Positions 12,201 to 27,900 of a DNA stretch of 64,000 bases are shown here, in pieces. The notes under the pieces are model-generated. The model was not told where the DNA came from. It searched no databases and worked only from the letters and a program-made list of their open reading frames with translations. Location: positions 8,184,001 to 8,248,000 of the forward strand of contig CM102290.1 of assembly GCA_046563655.1 (NCBI GenBank). The letters are read 5' to 3'. A program made the position numbers and the translations under genes. Numbering within the stretch: position 1 is the first letter of the stretch; every line of letters begins with the position of its first letter. The stretch is from Yuukianura sp. NJ FZ-2021. Taxonomy: Eukaryota.

Positions 12201-15200
12201 TTTCAATTTAATAAATTAGTCTGGAAAAACATCATCACCTTGATTAAAAACTATGAAAAGGTCAACGGATGACGTTCTCTCAGAGTTAAGAATAATTTTG
12301 GTATTTTGAAAATAAACAACAAATGGAAAATTTTAGAATTTTTGGTAAGAGTCAAATGAATCACGCAAGGCTCTCGGTTTTTACCTCATTTTGAAAACTT
12401 TCACTGTTGTTAAGAGCCTTTCTCTGAATCATCATAATAGCAAAACCGCCCTTGTTAAGGTTTAGGAAAGTCCTCTGAAAGGAACTAATTTATGGGTTCA
12501 GTCCACCTAGAAAATCATGGCCACGTCCATTACACAAGGTTCAAAATCTGCTGCTTTTTAGCTATTTTCAAATTCAAATAATAGTAAAGTATGTTTTAAA
12601 TCCTTTTAGTCAACAGAAATCATGTTTCAAACGTTCGTGATGGCAAAAACTGAAGAACATGAAAACAGCAAAAACGGGGACACTGGGCATTTTCAAAGGT
12701 CACAACCGTCATAAAAGTCTTACACTAACTTTGAAAACCGGTAAACGCTATGCTACTGGAATCAATGATTTTTAGAACCGAGTTGATCAATTTCAGCTAA
12801 GACGCGCGTCTCAAGTGCTAAAGTTTGAAACTTTAAAAAAAAGTTTGTTTTATTTGATGCTAATTGTTGAGTCGTGTAATCGCGTATCGCTAGTGGTTCA
12901 TAATACTACTACTTTCCAAAGCAGTAAGTTTTAATTACTAAATTGTAGTCTTCCTAACTCTAAACTCATCGTAATTAAAAAGTACAAAAAGGCTCTGAAC
13001 AAAATTTCCCGGAATTTTCTCATTCCTCCCAAAACCTAATTTACTCCATCCAACCCAACATGCCAAAGTTCATTAGCTTTACACTCCGCCATTCCATTTC
13101 CAAATTTACCGCAAAAACCCTGAAAATTAGATTTTTGAAATAAATTTCCTAGTAACTTACATCCATTCAACCTAACGTTAAAAGGAAACGGCATTCGAAT
13201 AAGCACCAATTTTAGAAAAGAAAATGTTTTCGACAGAACAAAACCTAGTCGATTTTTTAACTTCCAAAAATTTTTAAAAATTCAAAGAATTTAACTTTTT
13301 GATTGTGAATTCAAAAACTGTTTTATAAGTAGACGAGACTTTAAAGTCATCTTACTACTTAAAGTGGTGGGCATCAGGGATGTTACATTAGCTTTTGTTT
13401 TGAACACTTTCACGGTTCACTTCTAGTGTGACTGGAGTCATAACCAAAGGCGTTTGCTTTAATGCTTTAGTAAACAATATAACGCTGAAAGTAATACCGT
13501 AATGGAATTGGAAAGCTTTTAGGGAAAGCTAGCGTAAAAATTTGCGTAACAACATTTACACTCCTTTTACATTTGTATTAAGCTCCACTTTTCTATTCAT
13601 TGAACAATCAACACGATATTCAAATATAAGCAAAAACTACATTTTGAATTTTGGGCACTTTAAAAAAATCCCGACAAATAAAGTAAAGCTGGAAATGAAG
13701 CGAGCGTCCTTCATTGAATGTAAAACTCCACGCTTACGAGGAATAGAAAAGTTAAGGAGAAGTTGGCTTTCACCAACGCCTTCGCAAAACTGCCATGCCA
13801 AGTGCCTTCATTGGTATCACCACAGCTCCAGCATGTCTCTGTTCCTAGTGTCACGTTGTGTGCCAATTCCACAAAAGCTTTTTTGAAGAAAAACTTTTGG
13901 ACCTAGCGTCAATAACAAAAGAAATTCTACTTCTTCCTTTTTTATAAGGCAGGACAATAACAAAAATCGCGACAGAGCCCAATTTGAAAAAAAGGAGAAT
14001 CTCTAAAGCAAAGAAAAGATTGAATTTCAGAATTCTCTTTTTTCCGGTTTCAAGAAACTTTCACTGGAGATCAAAAGTTCACACACGAGAAAAGAAATAA
14101 GCAAGAGCTCTAAATCCCTTCGCTAGAGGTTCAAATCCTAAAGGAAAATATTAGTATAAGACGGGCTCGAGTGAAACGTGAGCTGAAATTCCGGATCGAG
14201 AATTTGATGTGATTTGCAATTCACAAAATCCCAAACAGCATTTGAGAAGGATGGCGAAAATACTTTTTCGAATTGACTCGAGATTTCGACTATTGAGAAA
14301 ATTGTTCCAGGAGTGTTATTTGAATCTGGGAAAGAAATTTGTTTCCGACGATATATACTTAAGCGTCACTTTTGAAAGACAGAATTGTAAAAGAAATGAA
14401 CTTACTGATTGAAGTGGAAGTGGTCATGTTTCGGTAGTAGGCAAAGGGATTGGTCGTAGCCCAGTAACGATCAATGGAAACAGCCAGTAGACACAGAATT
14501 GAGATCGTACAAAGGACCATGAGAACGGACACGGAAAACAGACAACCGTAGAGGTTGTTCCGTGGAAGACCAACACTGGCTAAAATGGCCAAGGGAATTC
14601 CAAGTAGCCCCACCAAAAAGTCAGCCACTGCTAGCCCAACCACGTAGTAGTTGCGGTACCTTCGTAGAGTTCGATTTGTACAGAAGACGTAAACTACGAG
14701 TAGATTCCCAATGACAGCTAAACAAGCTACGATCACTTCACTAGCCATGTACACAATGTTCACGTCGGGTGAGGACAGACTCTGAAAATTTAAGAAAAGA
14801 AAACAAAATTAGCGAGAAACCGATGCAAGACATGTAGTACGTTTCTTACTTGCTTCCTTATGCTCCTAGTACTGACCCTCAAATTCCTTTGAGAATTCCC
14901 ACATCGAGTTTTATATATCGATTGTTTTTTTTTTTAGAAATTAAAGTATTTGACTTTTGCAACTATTTTTTTCAACGTGTAGCTAATATAACTTTTGTAA
15001 TATAATGTTTTATCGTAGGACTTAAGTATTGTGAATCCCAGCGAGTATTGATCGCTATTCGAAAACTGCAAACAAATTTCACTTTAAGCCAAATAATTTA
15101 TTTTGGAAAACGGTTGCAGAAGTTCCGTCTTTCACTTTAAAGTGAGCCCCGCTTTCAGTTTCTTTTGTATTATATTTGCTATTTCTATTTCTTATATTGC

Positions 15201-17283
15201 TATTTCTGGGCTAGCGAGTTGGTGCAATATCGTTTTTGAATAAATTAAAGTAATTTTTATTTTAAAAATTTTCATATTCAACACTAAAACATAAAGGTTA
15301 AGAAAAATTTGTCTTCAATTCGTGAAGCAACAAAGCTGAATCGTTAATAGTTTTCGTCACTTTGTGGAGCAGGATGTTATAGACTTTTATCTTACTGACG
15401 TCCGAAACGTATGTTAAAGGCCAATAACATTTTCAATTAAGTTGAATTGCGTCAAGTGGAAATGGAAGACACTTTGGTAATCAATTGCATACAAGATTAG
15501 CCATGCTCTTCTGGGTCATTCGGCTCAGAGGATACAAAGGCTAAGTTAGCTTAAATCATGATCCTGTTTCCAATTCAATTGAAAAAAAAATACGACAGTT
15601 GTTCTCTGTTTACTCTTCTAACTACTATAACCTAACACTCCTGAAACTTTCAAATAAAGTATCCAAATCGATATGAAATGTAAATAAACAAAAACGTAAA
15701 AATTCATCTTTTATCCAGTTTAACTCAAATCCGGAGTAAAAAGTTTTTCCTGTTAGCTCCAAATATGTGTTACGCATTTTTTTATGGATACAAACATTAC
15801 TTTTAATATATTAGAAGAAATTAAAGTCTAATGCTATATTCCACAACGATAGAGGAAAAGTCTAATTTTAAACAACAGAAAAAAAATGTAAGAGATTCAA
15901 AAGTTTAAAGAAGACTGGAATCGGTCTACCTTGAGATGCAATTTCAAAATCACCGTTGGAATTTTTGATGTTGAAAAATCATGGAGTCTAAACTTATCCT
16001 TAGTAAAGCTAAGTGTTATTCTTCCTGTGATTCTGGTTAATGTCAAGGAAAAAGAAGAAGAAGAAAAATATCGTTTGTGCTAAATCGGCACATTGGGAGA
16101 TTACCGGTTCCGAGAATTATTGCATTGGATGCATTTTATCGTTAGGATCAAAAGGAATAAATGGAATTTAACTTTTGACATCTCAGCAGCATTAAAAATT
16201 ACGGCGATGGGCGTCCTTTTGGAAATGAGACTCTTTCCACCCACAACCCAAAGAAAAATCAAAAGATTCACGTTTGATCTTCCAGAAAATCGTCAGTTAC
16301 CGACATCATTTTCAATTTTATTTGATTTTTCCTTTTCAAGTTTCGAGCAATCCACTAAAACTTTTGTCAAAGTTGAACTTGAGCCAATTAATAAAAAAAT
16401 TCTTTTTTTTTAAATAATGTTGCCGAAAAGAAGGAATGTATTTATGCATATTTTACAGTTTTGTCAAAAACGTCTGGCCGAAAGCATTTGTTAGTAAAAT
16501 TGAATCTCTTGTCTTCTTTTCGAGAATTGCATTTGAAAAAAAAATGGAAAGTTTTCTTCAGCCCATTTTCAAAGTAAAACTTTTGGCGGACCGTGAGATG
16601 GTCTTGGGACTGTGTCAAATGTTTTGCAGTAACCTAAGAAATAGTATGACACATATAGTGCGGAAAATGCCGCCTGCTTGTTTATTAATGTTTTTTAGTC
16701 ATGCACTTTCTGATTGATCCAACAAATTATAACTCTACAGCACTCATATTTCTACTTTAAGACTATCAACTATTTCAGCTCATGAGCAACAGGAATATGC
16801 ACGCTAGTCAAAAAGCTAAAAAATAAATCCAAAAGAGTTGCAACTTTTGTCAACTTTTTCTCTCACTTTTTCGCTGACCTCTTGAACTTTTCTGAGATCG
16901 GAGTGACCTTGTGACGCAGCAGCATACAATAGCTAGGACGAAGTGAAACTGATAAATATAGTTGAGAATGAAAGTTTAATCTAGTTTACACTTGAGAAAC
17001 TTCATAAACTATTTTAACGCCGTTTTTGAATTGTATTAGATTAGGTTCGGGTTAGGGTTAGTGGACCATTAGCTTAGAAATTGGTGGTTGACGGGAATCA
17101 AAGTACATTACATAGAACAAAGAGTATCATTTAAAATCTTACCGTGTCTAGAGTACTGGAGGGCCTTCCATTTGGACCCTCTGTAGTAAAATACTTGGTG
17201 AAACTGTCAGACCCATTACGACTGCCATAGTCATCTTCAAAAATGGCGCCCGTAGATGTAGTAGACACTTCCTCGGTAACCAT
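9268..17283 (-). CDS. AdoR: Adenosine receptor (class A GPCR)
   Basis: Exons: 17283-17143, 14781-14406, 10637-10420, 10329-10111, 10025-9937, 9855-9540, 9444-9268. Motifs: GNLLV, LAVADFLVG, SIDRYWA, FLPLFGW, CYFTKVMDYNY, REGKAAK, CWMPLYTINC, LSHANSAMNPFLYAY. The adenosine-receptor residues E1.39, ECL2 Phe, N6.55 and H7.43 are present. Confidence 0.93.
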
Positions 17284-20200
17284 TGTTCTCCGTTTTTTCT
17301 GTCTACTGCAAATGGAACTTTTGAACTCGAAACTTGTTTTGAATTGACAGATCACAAATGTAAAAGTTCGTAGGTTTGTCCTCCTATTATGTTTTTTGCT
17401 CCAAAGTCTTAAAAGGTTTACACTTCAATAAAACATTGTAGCACACAACAAAAACTTATTTTAATACACTCGGAAACTCTCTAAAACTTTTCCAGAAAAA
17501 TAATCGAAAGTCACATGGCTGATTACTTCAGCGAAAAGTGATGTTTTCTAACTTTCCAAACCAAGACTATTAACCTGTCACTTTCTTTTCAACGTGTTCA
17601 AACTGACAGTTTCTCGTTTCTTTTTAAACTTCGGCGGGGTTGAAACCCTATCGCTGACTTTCCATTTGGTTGAACATGTATTGAATGCGGTTGTGTTGGA
17701 CAAACGGCGTTACTAAAAGTGTGACAGTACAAAGTGTAACTTCCGTCTTATCAAAGCCTCACTTCCAGTCACTTGGATAATGTGGGAGGAAGAGAGTCAG
17801 TTCCGTGGAACTAAAACTTAATTTTAGGCTTCGGTCAGTGCGTTGTGGTTGAAGTTGTTGTCTTCAGTTATCTTCCGTATTAGTTAATAGGTTATGCTTA
17901 ACCACATTTTAACTTCTAAGCTGTGGATGACCTTTTCCACTGATATTATTCAGTAAAGCGTCAAATCCCACTTCTGTCTCTGACGCCTTGACGAGTGATT
18001 ACTATTAATGGGAATTGTTCCGTCACAACTTTTCTTCGTGGCAGAAGAAGTCGGAGACTTATTGTGATGCTTTTTTCAATTCTGGAAAAACTTGTCTCTT
18101 GATGAGAAGAATCTGAAAACAATTTAGTCAGCGTCGTCTTATTTAATGGGAAACATACGTTGCGTATATAACTTTACACAATAACTGTGTTCGATCATTT
18201 AACAAAACATTTCTGCATGTATTAAAATTTTAAATATGTAAATGTCTTTCTGAATTAAGAATTGGGGCTTAGTTTTTATTGGTACAGAAAATTTTTGAAA
18301 GTTTAGTGAAATAAAATGATTGGAAGGCGTCTCTGATTTGGAAAAAAAAAGAAAGTGAAGTGTGAATTGAATTATTCATTTGGCGTTAAAAGTTGAAGAG
18401 TTATGGAGGGCTTGGTCAACAAAGAAAATTTTTACCAAAGCTATGTTTATTAATTTGGGAAATTAGAAATCCGACTCTTTATAATAAAACTAAAAGTTGG
18501 AACCTGCATAACTCTAGTTCACTATGAATTATATAATACTCGCATGTTAGTTTAAGTTATCCAAGGTCGTCTTGATTAGTCTGGTTAAGGATAAACTATC
18601 CCACAATTCTGGTTGTTGTCCAGGCGTCAATTGATTTCATTAAAGTTAACACTCAATCTGAGTAGCATTTGACTTGACATTGATAGTCAACTGAACCATG
18701 TCCTCAACGTTTTGACAAATAAATTTTCCATGTAAAAATTGAAAATCAAATGGCAAATACAAAACGGAACCAACAGTTTTCTGTTACTGCAATTTTGAAC
18801 TTTCTATTTTGTGCCCCAAAAGTGTAAATTGGAAAATTTACACTTTTACCAAGATTAGATTTGCAGGTAAAATCAAGTTTCTTGACAGATTTACTGTATA
18901 GTATGCTATGCTATTACTTTGACATGAAACTTTAGAATGTGAAACTTACAATTGTGAAGATGCTTGAGAAAGAACAGAGAGCCTTGGGCAGTTGGATCCG
19001 ATGACTAACGGTATCAAATCCAAACTGAAAATGCTTTTCGGTGAGGAGACGAGCCAGAGCTGTCTGGAAGGAACGAAATGCCGTTTGCAAAAGTCCTCAA
19101 GCTAAAACGCCTTCCAACGAGTTTGCGAAAATTTGGTAAAGTCAAGTGAAATAGGGACTAAAGACGCAAGTCCCAAGTCCTCCACCACCTAGAGTATCCG
19201 ATTTCATTATTCCTTGAACAACGGACAACAATAGCTTTCTCTTCATAATCCCATGCTGATTCCATTGTTCTCCCTTATGAGAGAAAGAACTGGATAACTT
19301 GGATTCAACTGGAGATGAAACTGGACTGGAGAATGTTGTTTTGTTAGTCTATTCTACGAAACGACCACAAGTTCCATTCAATCCCTCATGGTGTTCTCAA
19401 TTAGAACACTTCCCACTCAAACCGCAACTGTGACACTTCTTCCTTTTCCGGAAATTGTATTTCTCCCTGGAGTAGAAACTGGAAAACGCAATTCAAGAAA
19501 AGACGTCGATTTAAGGCCTACTATGGGTTCAAAATTCCCATGTGCGAAATCAAGGCGGAATAATTTGAAACCATTTCTGTCATTTTCGAAGCTTCGTGAA
19601 ACGGAAATTTCTGTTAACTATTGAGAGATGAGTTTCAAACCAGCAAACGTTTCATTAGGACTGCCCAGCATGAAAATAACATTCATTTCCGAACAGTCAT
19701 TGAAACATAAACTAAAAACATAGTCAAAGGTCACCAACTTTGTTTCAAAGGTGCGTGAGATCTGCGCATGCTGCCTAAGGTAAAGGCTACAGAAATGTTC
19801 AAGGGAGTCGGAAGTGACTTAACATTCTGCTTATCACACATTTTGGTTAGTTTAATTAAATACGAGGTGTAAATGGAAGAGAAACGAGAGTTATGGTAAA
19901 AGTGGTCTATTAGCGCACAAAAAAAGTATTTCGTACTACATTATTCAGCACAAAGACTTTACATACAAGTACAAAAAAAAATGAAAAGGACTTGTACTAA
20001 AGAAGGCTCATCGTCGCTTGTTTCGCCTCGCCTTGTCCATTTATGGTCACCGCAAGGTAAAAGTCGCGTAGGTTTTGAATGTTGACGAAGGAAAGGTTAG
20101 GAGAGGGATGATGCTGAATTGGCATGAAGCGACTTTGGACTTGCAAAAATTCAACCTTTTCAGCGTTTCTCCTTTGGGAATTACTCATATTATTTTCCCA

Positions 20201-23200
20201 TCTTGACCACATCTACGATCAGTCTTTACCAATTTCCGGAACTGTTCACACTCACTTCACATTCAGTCAAGCACTACAACTTTTCATGTCATTACCATCA
20301 TTTCACTTAATTTCGGTGGGAAAAAAGTGAAAGTCATAGGTCAGAACAGAACTGTTTGAAGCACCAAGTGAAGTGACCGGAACTAATATAGTGATTTCAG
20401 ACGCGACGGAGATTTAGAACGTATTTGATTACACATAAAGTGATTCCTCCAGTAAAAAAGACTTTGCGACGCCAAAAAGCTAACGGGTAAGACGAGTCTG
20501 GATGACAATGTCACCCCTAACGTGATGATTAAAACCTATAAAACAAATGACTATTTCACCGAATTGGATTTAGACAACTTTGCTGTAACTTTTTGAAAAG
20601 GACTGGGAAATAGTCATGACTTTTTGCACTGCCGCTGACTTGAATCTAATCTCTGTCACCTAAAAGCCTTGTTTTAGATTTTGTCTTAACTTCTGGAACG
20701 AACTGTTCTAAAAACTACGTCATCCTCAGCCCCCTTCAAAGTTTATACACTTTTGTTTTTCTGCCTCTTTCTCTTTGCGTTTTTAAATTCGTAATTTTCC
20801 ATTAGACAGTCAAGTTTTTGGAGCATGTTCGTCCATAAAGTCCAATCTGTGTCCCATTTCTAAAGTTTTTAGGCGTTTCTTTTTTAGACTGTTTTCTTGT
20901 TGCAAGTTTATTGCAAAAGGAAATTGGTAGTTTCCTTAGTACAACGCCTACTCACCACCCAATGCCCACCAAAACCTTCTTTCTTAATTAAGTTATTATT
21001 TATTCTGACTCCACAAAGTAGGCAATATAGACAAAACAACATGTTTTTCCAGTTTAAAAATGTAAACAGAAAATGAGTTTCAGATTTTACAAATATGCAA
21101 GTGGTACAGGCCGAAAACAAAAGTGAAATTTTGTACAAGTTACTTACGCCAAAAATTCATCTGCGGCCTCTGGACAAAGTTTTTTTGGGTCAAAAATTTC
21201 ACTTTTTGTAAATAGGCGTTCATTTTCAAATGCCATAATATTAAAAAAAAAGTCCCATTTAAATTGAGCATAGAAAAATAATGGTCTACTTTATGAGAAT
21301 CCCATGACGAAATGACTATAAAATTTCAAATCTACAGAGCAACGCATTCAAAAATTCATGGTCACTTTTGGCAAAATACGAGTTAAACATGGCTTGTAAA
21401 TTTTAATCATGACGATACAAACAAAGCCTTTTCCTAAATCAACAAATTAAATACTTATGTTGACATTCAGCTTCGTAAATCCTTGGCCTCATTTTTTTTA
21501 CCTAGCAATCCATTGTGTATAAATCCCAGTTTACAATATACGTTACACATGTCCCCTTTCTCATCGTACAAACTTGACAAAACATAACCTTTTAAAATGA
21601 ATTAGCTATAATTTCCAATTTTTTTTCTTTAAATTTTCGACTCTATTAAGCACCTACTAAAATTTTCTTTTCACAACTCCATGCAACAAAAAATGACCGA
21701 GAATAGTTTTTTTTCGGCTCCATCCCGCCCTAAGCTAATACTTGCAGCATATAAAAGAAATGACGCCGTTGAGTAATTGTGGGCGTGGGTGTTTTGTAAA
21801 GGGTTACACTTTGAATTTCCATGTTGATTAAGAAAAAAATTGACCTTGATTCTCCATTTTTATTAAATCCAGAGACCCTTGGAGCTGCTTGTACTTGACA
21901 AGGACAGAGAGCGCGGGAGGAACACTTTGTAAATGGTGCGCAAGGGTGGCGGACAAATTCAAAAAATGGTAACAGACGGAATGGATCCACCCATGAGAGT
22001 ACTGTCTGTCCAAAAATATCCATCAGGTCCACCACCTCCACCACCACGCGGAACCAGCACTTCACCAACTACTGCCGAAGACATAGTAAGAATAGCCTAA
22101 TTTACAAAATCACTTTGATCATGACGATGTCACAAGAAATCATCAAAGGTTTCCAAAAGTTTCCTGATTAGAAGTTAACAACTCAAAATCACACACCCAT
22201 TAATTTCACGATTAACTATTACAACGTCAGTTCACATTTTAAGTCGCACAAAATTCCTTGCGCCTACGTTTGAGAAGAATTACATAAAAAGTTTCATTTT
22301 CAAATCAGGATTTTCGAAAAAAGTCAAGTCCTAATCTAATATCAAACACCCGCCTGATCCACGTTCTTCTCCGCTTATTTACAATTTGGTGAAAGACTAA
22401 TTTCTAGCGTCCAAAACTCTAACATGCTCCACGAATATTTTTTCATTTGATTCCCAATTCAACGCGTCTTCACTTCATTCAAGATTTCCCGCGAGACCCC
22501 ATTTTTGTATTGAACTTGAACAAGAAAACCGGGATTTTGAGTATGAGTTACCCGTTGTCTCCTTTCCCCAGTCAATGAAGCCATTTCATTCCATAATATT
22601 TTTTGAACACAATTTACAAAAGTAGGTTTTTTGGATGACGTGAAGTTCCAAAAACTTGATATAAAAAATCTACGGGTCTCATGTATTCTAGCCAACCATT
22701 TGCCTCACGTAGGCCATTGCCTTATTTTCATATACAATTTGGAAATGGACAGAAACATGAGCTAGAACAAACACGGAAGATGAGGTTTTCTGGTTGTAAA
22801 TTAGCGGAATTGCCAATTTTTGAATTTTGAAAAGTGACAAGTAGGCAAAAAAAAGCAGCAGGGCGGATGGTTGTTCGTAGGCGTGAGAAAAGAAACGTGC
22901 GTACAGGGAATAAATGGACGTTCTACTACTTAGTGAAACATTCGTGAATTTTTGAGCCACGCCTTGACGGATGATGTGATCGATTTTAGCTTAGCAATCG
23001 TCAGAACACTCCGTTCCAAACATCAGTCTCAATTAAGTCTTCTAATTATTTCCCTAGCATGATCTCCTGAAACAATCTTGGTCAAAGGGGTCAACCATGT
23101 ACAATGACAAAGTCAAAATTTTAAAACGCTTCTTACTAAGCTTACAAAACACATCTTATTCCATTTCTACAAAAACTTTAGGGAACGATCAACACTGGGT

Positions 23201-24917
23201 CAAAAAATGGATTTTCTGCAACCTGCCTGTTGACCTCGACAGAACCTCCAATTTGCGGAAAAATTATTTTTTAAATCTCCAATTAAAACTTGGGAATCCA
23301 GAAAACTAAAAAAGTAGTGTAGAATTTAAATAGGTTTGTGGTTAAAGTAATCATTTCGAAGACTAGTGCATGGTTTCTTCTATTGTTGTTGGTTTTTACA
23401 TAAAATAACCAGAAGTGTAGGAAAAACTAAAATTTCGCGTTCACAAGATCCCAAGTTTAAGTTGGAGCATGAATTATGATGATGAGACAGAAGGACGAGG
23501 GTGAGTGCTTTCAGAGTCGAGATGGGATCTGTTCTACAGGTAGGACTTTGACTAAGGTGGTTTTAACTAAGGTGTGCAAAAATCAAAGTTCCCTTGCCAT
23601 TTTGGCAAAGAGAGCTTACTGTGTTTCGCACAGCCAAAAATGCAGCAAGGGGTTTGGACATACATAATTGTTAGTTAAGAGGCAGAGGATGGAAGACGAA
23701 GAACAGGTTGCTTAGCAAGCACTGCTCACTTCTTTTTTTTTCTTCTCCCTAACGTCAATTTCTTCATCTTTCTTCAATCTTCCCTAAAGTTGTTTCTTTG
23801 GAAGTTTCCAGTTTGGAGTTAAACAATAAGCAAAGGAAGGCTGAAAGGAGCCCACGCTCACTTTCATTCATCTTCCAACCTCGTCATCAACGTCTTCTCA
23901 AAAAAACCAAAAACGCTTTCAATTCACAAAATTTTAAATGAAATTGAAAGTTGTCCCTTTTAAGAAAAGTTTCAAATCAAAAGTCAAGTTTTTCGTAACC
24001 GCCATAATTGTCTACACTGAAATCAGTTTCAAACTCTCACTTTTTCTTCGAAAAGAATTATGGTGTGTAGTAGCCTTTGGAAGTGACATTTACTAACTGA
24101 CTTTAGTGGGCAGCTTATTTCAAGTTTCTGGTGTTGCTGACATTGAAGAATCCTGAAATAGTAATTGAAATTGAGGCGTCTACGTTTGATTGACCTTTGA
24201 TTCAATTGTCATCTGTCGACTAACAAAGTACAACAACTGTAGTTGATTATGGACAGTGACAATGTATAAGGGAGGCTATTCCTTGGAATCCTTCTTCAGC
24301 ATCTCTCTGATTAATCGTTCTTGCCAAATTTGACATTGAATCATTTTGGCAGCAACAGTTACAGTGAATATCACCGGAGGTAAAACCGCTGCTGCGCTCG
24401 CTTCCAACTGTGCGCCAAACAACAAAAGTTGTCGACCATTCCTATTTACTTCAGTTTGGGAATACTAATGAGTCAGAAAATGATTTAACCAAGTTAGCAA
24501 GTCCAAAAGTCTCATCAACTTGGACATGCCAATTCTTCATATGTGTTCTACCTGTGCAGAATTTTTGAACACATTTTTTTGAGATTCATTGTTACAGAAG
24601 AGGGACTTTCGCTTTCATCTTCACAAATCACAAGGATTCCCTCACACAATCAGCATCCCTCGTTCTTTCCTTCGTGTGGGTCCACAGCCTAAGTGAAAAA
24701 TGGAATTTTTAGCCAATCTCCAGTCCAGTTAACACATTTGGCACCCAACTAATAGCAGCCTAATTTTTGGCATCACTACTTTGGTCACCGCGGAAATTGT
24801 GAAACTGCAGAATCTTTAAACCACTAGTTTATATCCGTTTTCAAGAAAAAATACAGGAGCATTTGAATTGCTAACAAAAAGTGATTTACAACAAGATTTG
24901 ACAACTTTTTAGACAAA

Positions 24918-27900
24918 ATGGTTGTGATCACGATCTCCTACTCCCCTCATCCTAAACCCCAAAATCACCACGAGCTGAATCAAAATTTTGATTTTAACAA
25001 TTCCTTGACCCCTTCGACATCCTTAAGTCCTACACTGACTGACACGAGCTCTGAAACACCATTTGTGACCTCTGTGTTTCAGGTTGCAACCGGACCTAAC
25101 GGAGATGTGCTGGCTACTAGTAAGCAAGGTATGACTAAAAAATTAATATTTTTTAATTCGGTTAGTCTAAAAAGTTATTTTAGCGTTAGCGTTATTGATT
25201 ATTTTTAAATTTTAAAACAACAAACATCCAGCAAACCAATTTCATGTTGGTTCTAATACCAACCAGACAACTCTCCGATTAACTGAATCCTATTTTTCTG
25301 AAAGGATTTGTAAATTTTAAATTTGGGTACGGCGTTTCCATTCTACACAATTTTTGGGGTTGAACGAATTTGTGTAGTAAAATCTAACTAGAAACATGAA
25401 ATAAAGTTTAAGATGAACAAAAGTTGGAAGGTGTAATAATTTAGAACGAAAAAATTAAGTAGTCCCTTCCTTTATAATTTAGTGAAAAAAATTATTGGGG
25501 TTTAGCATTCCGAAATTAATATAATTTACTATCGATGTGAACCGTAGAATTAAGGAGGGTTTGGATTATTTGACTCCTACGGGAGACAAGAAATGGAGCG
25601 GATCGAGGAGGCAGAATAAATTGGAACAGCATCAAGCAGCACTAGCATAAGACTCTTAGAATTGCATTGTAATTGTTTTTAGCCCAGGCACAAAGCCATA
25701 ATTACTATTGTCATCTGAGTGTCAGGAATTGAAGGTCACGTCTTAAGGTCACTCTCTACCTATTATACTGTCATGGACTTATGAAACTCCCTCCCTCATT
25801 TCTTCTTAAACTAATCATTGGCACTAATCTTCATTGAAACCTAGCCTAACTTCATCCTTACCTAACCGAATGCAAGTACAGTACTACAGATATGTAATAA
25901 GTTATGGTCTATAACCATGACATCTCTATGTGTCAATAAGGTCACTTCAGCAAATCGCAAAATCAGAACTACCGTCAACTGCTCATTATCCTTTAGTCAC
26001 GATTCCAAATCCAAATTCAGTTGCAATTTGGAGCAAGAATTCAAGTAAGTGTTGCTTACAATCAAAACGAATCTTTAAAATCTTGCGAAAGCCCCGTTTT
26101 GCCATGTGATGCAAAATCAGTTAAGCGATAGTTTAAATTAAAAATTCTATAACAAGTTTCCAAACTAGTTGCAACAAGATATGAAAAAAGTAAAATTTAG
26201 TGTGTAGAATTTAAAAAAAAAACCTTAAAGTATAAACAAAAGTGTTGTTTTAGTTAGTAAAAGTTCAACAACTCTACAACTACTTTTGGTAATTAAAAAG
26301 TTGTTGTTTCAGGAAGATGCGTCAGTGTCATGAACCCCCCTTTGTTACTATTAGGCTGGGACGGAACAGGTTGAATTACCTTACAAGTCATCAGTAAGAT
26401 GAACAATATTGGTAAAGAGTGACTTGTTTAACTTCCTTCTGGTGCTAACGCAATTGAATAATTTCATTTAACTAAACTTTTTTTTTGGCAGAGGGATATA
26501 TGTTACGTGTACCAAGCAAATGAAAAAAAAAGGATTGGAATTCATGATTTCACAATAGGTGATAATTAGACTAACAAATTTGTAAACTTTTACTCTCGTA
26601 ATTTTCAATTTTGATTCATAAAACTCAATTGAAATGATTTTAACTTTGCAATTAATCAGTTTTGTAATTAAAGGAATGTTCGTAAAGTGTGAAACCAAAC
26701 AATTTTGGTTGAGGTAACAATGCACGGAAAAGGTGGTTTCAGGCCCATAATAAGGAAGTGTTATCCGAATTGAGCCTAGTGTTGAAGGCTTTTCTCACAA
26801 TTTAAACCTCACTTTAACAGCACCGTTTACAAGTGAAATTTGTTTTCAATTTTTACAAACAAAAAATCATAAAAATTTGATGACTCTTAAGGTTTTGTGG
26901 TAAGTTTAAGTACGTTTGAAGTCAAGTCGAGACTGTAGCATATGCTATTTGATTTCGCACATGTAAACAAAAAACTGTTTTGACATTTGTCTAAAACATT
27001 AATTCAGTAATCAGTAAGCCCTTGGCTAATATTTTGAAATGTTTGTTCTTTCAATGTTCGTAAATGGATAAATCCTTGTAAGCGTCGCCGTGTAGCTGGA
27101 GGAAAGGCGTTATAAATTTGTAAAGAATTTACGGAAATGAGTTTTTGGTGTTGATTGGGATGAGTGACATTGATATTTTCCTGGGCTGGGTCACTGTTGA
27201 CTTAAGTGACGCGTTTTCCATAGAATATGATTTCAATATCGATCGTCGTATCCGCTTTCGATCCATGTCACTACTTACACAATCTACGTTAGACAATAGT
27301 AGTAAATAGTTAAATGTGTTCTAATATGATGATCCATCTCCTGACACCAAGGTCATAGTTCACAAGCGGAAACAACTTATAAGTCAACTCCTATAGCTCC
27401 GAGCATAACGCAACGGAATTGCAGAAATGTAGTACACTAGAAATCACTTAACATGCAAAAAAATCTTTCCAAAATATTTGTCGCAAGAATAAGTAAAATT
27501 TCTTTCCCCAAGGTAAAATATGAAAAAGATTAAACCCGTTTCAGAGATGATTCTGCGTCGGGCACGATTGGAAATGGTTTGTAGTGTAGCAGAATAAAGG
27601 CGAAAAAATAACAATACGAAAATTTTTGAAATTTAGAGCAAAGAATTTCTTTTTGAGAAAAACTCCCCCTTTTGGCTTATATCGCCAATTGTTTTGCTGT
27701 CCGAACGCTTGAAAATGGTTCTTATGCTTAGATTTACGCTAGCACTTGGTCCGGTAGTGATTTAATGAATATGAATATTAAGTTTTTAGTAATCTCAATC
27801 TTTATATTATTATATTGTGAATTTTCTACTATAATCAATGGAGTCAATGACATTTGAGCAAGAATTGATACAGTTTTAGCTTTGTCAGCATTTTTCTCAG

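Noticed and set aside
11244..13886. Short ORFs in the large AdoR intron as nested genes
   Set aside because: They are AT-rich, mostly start at non-ATG codons, and show no consistent splice structure or recognisable motifs.
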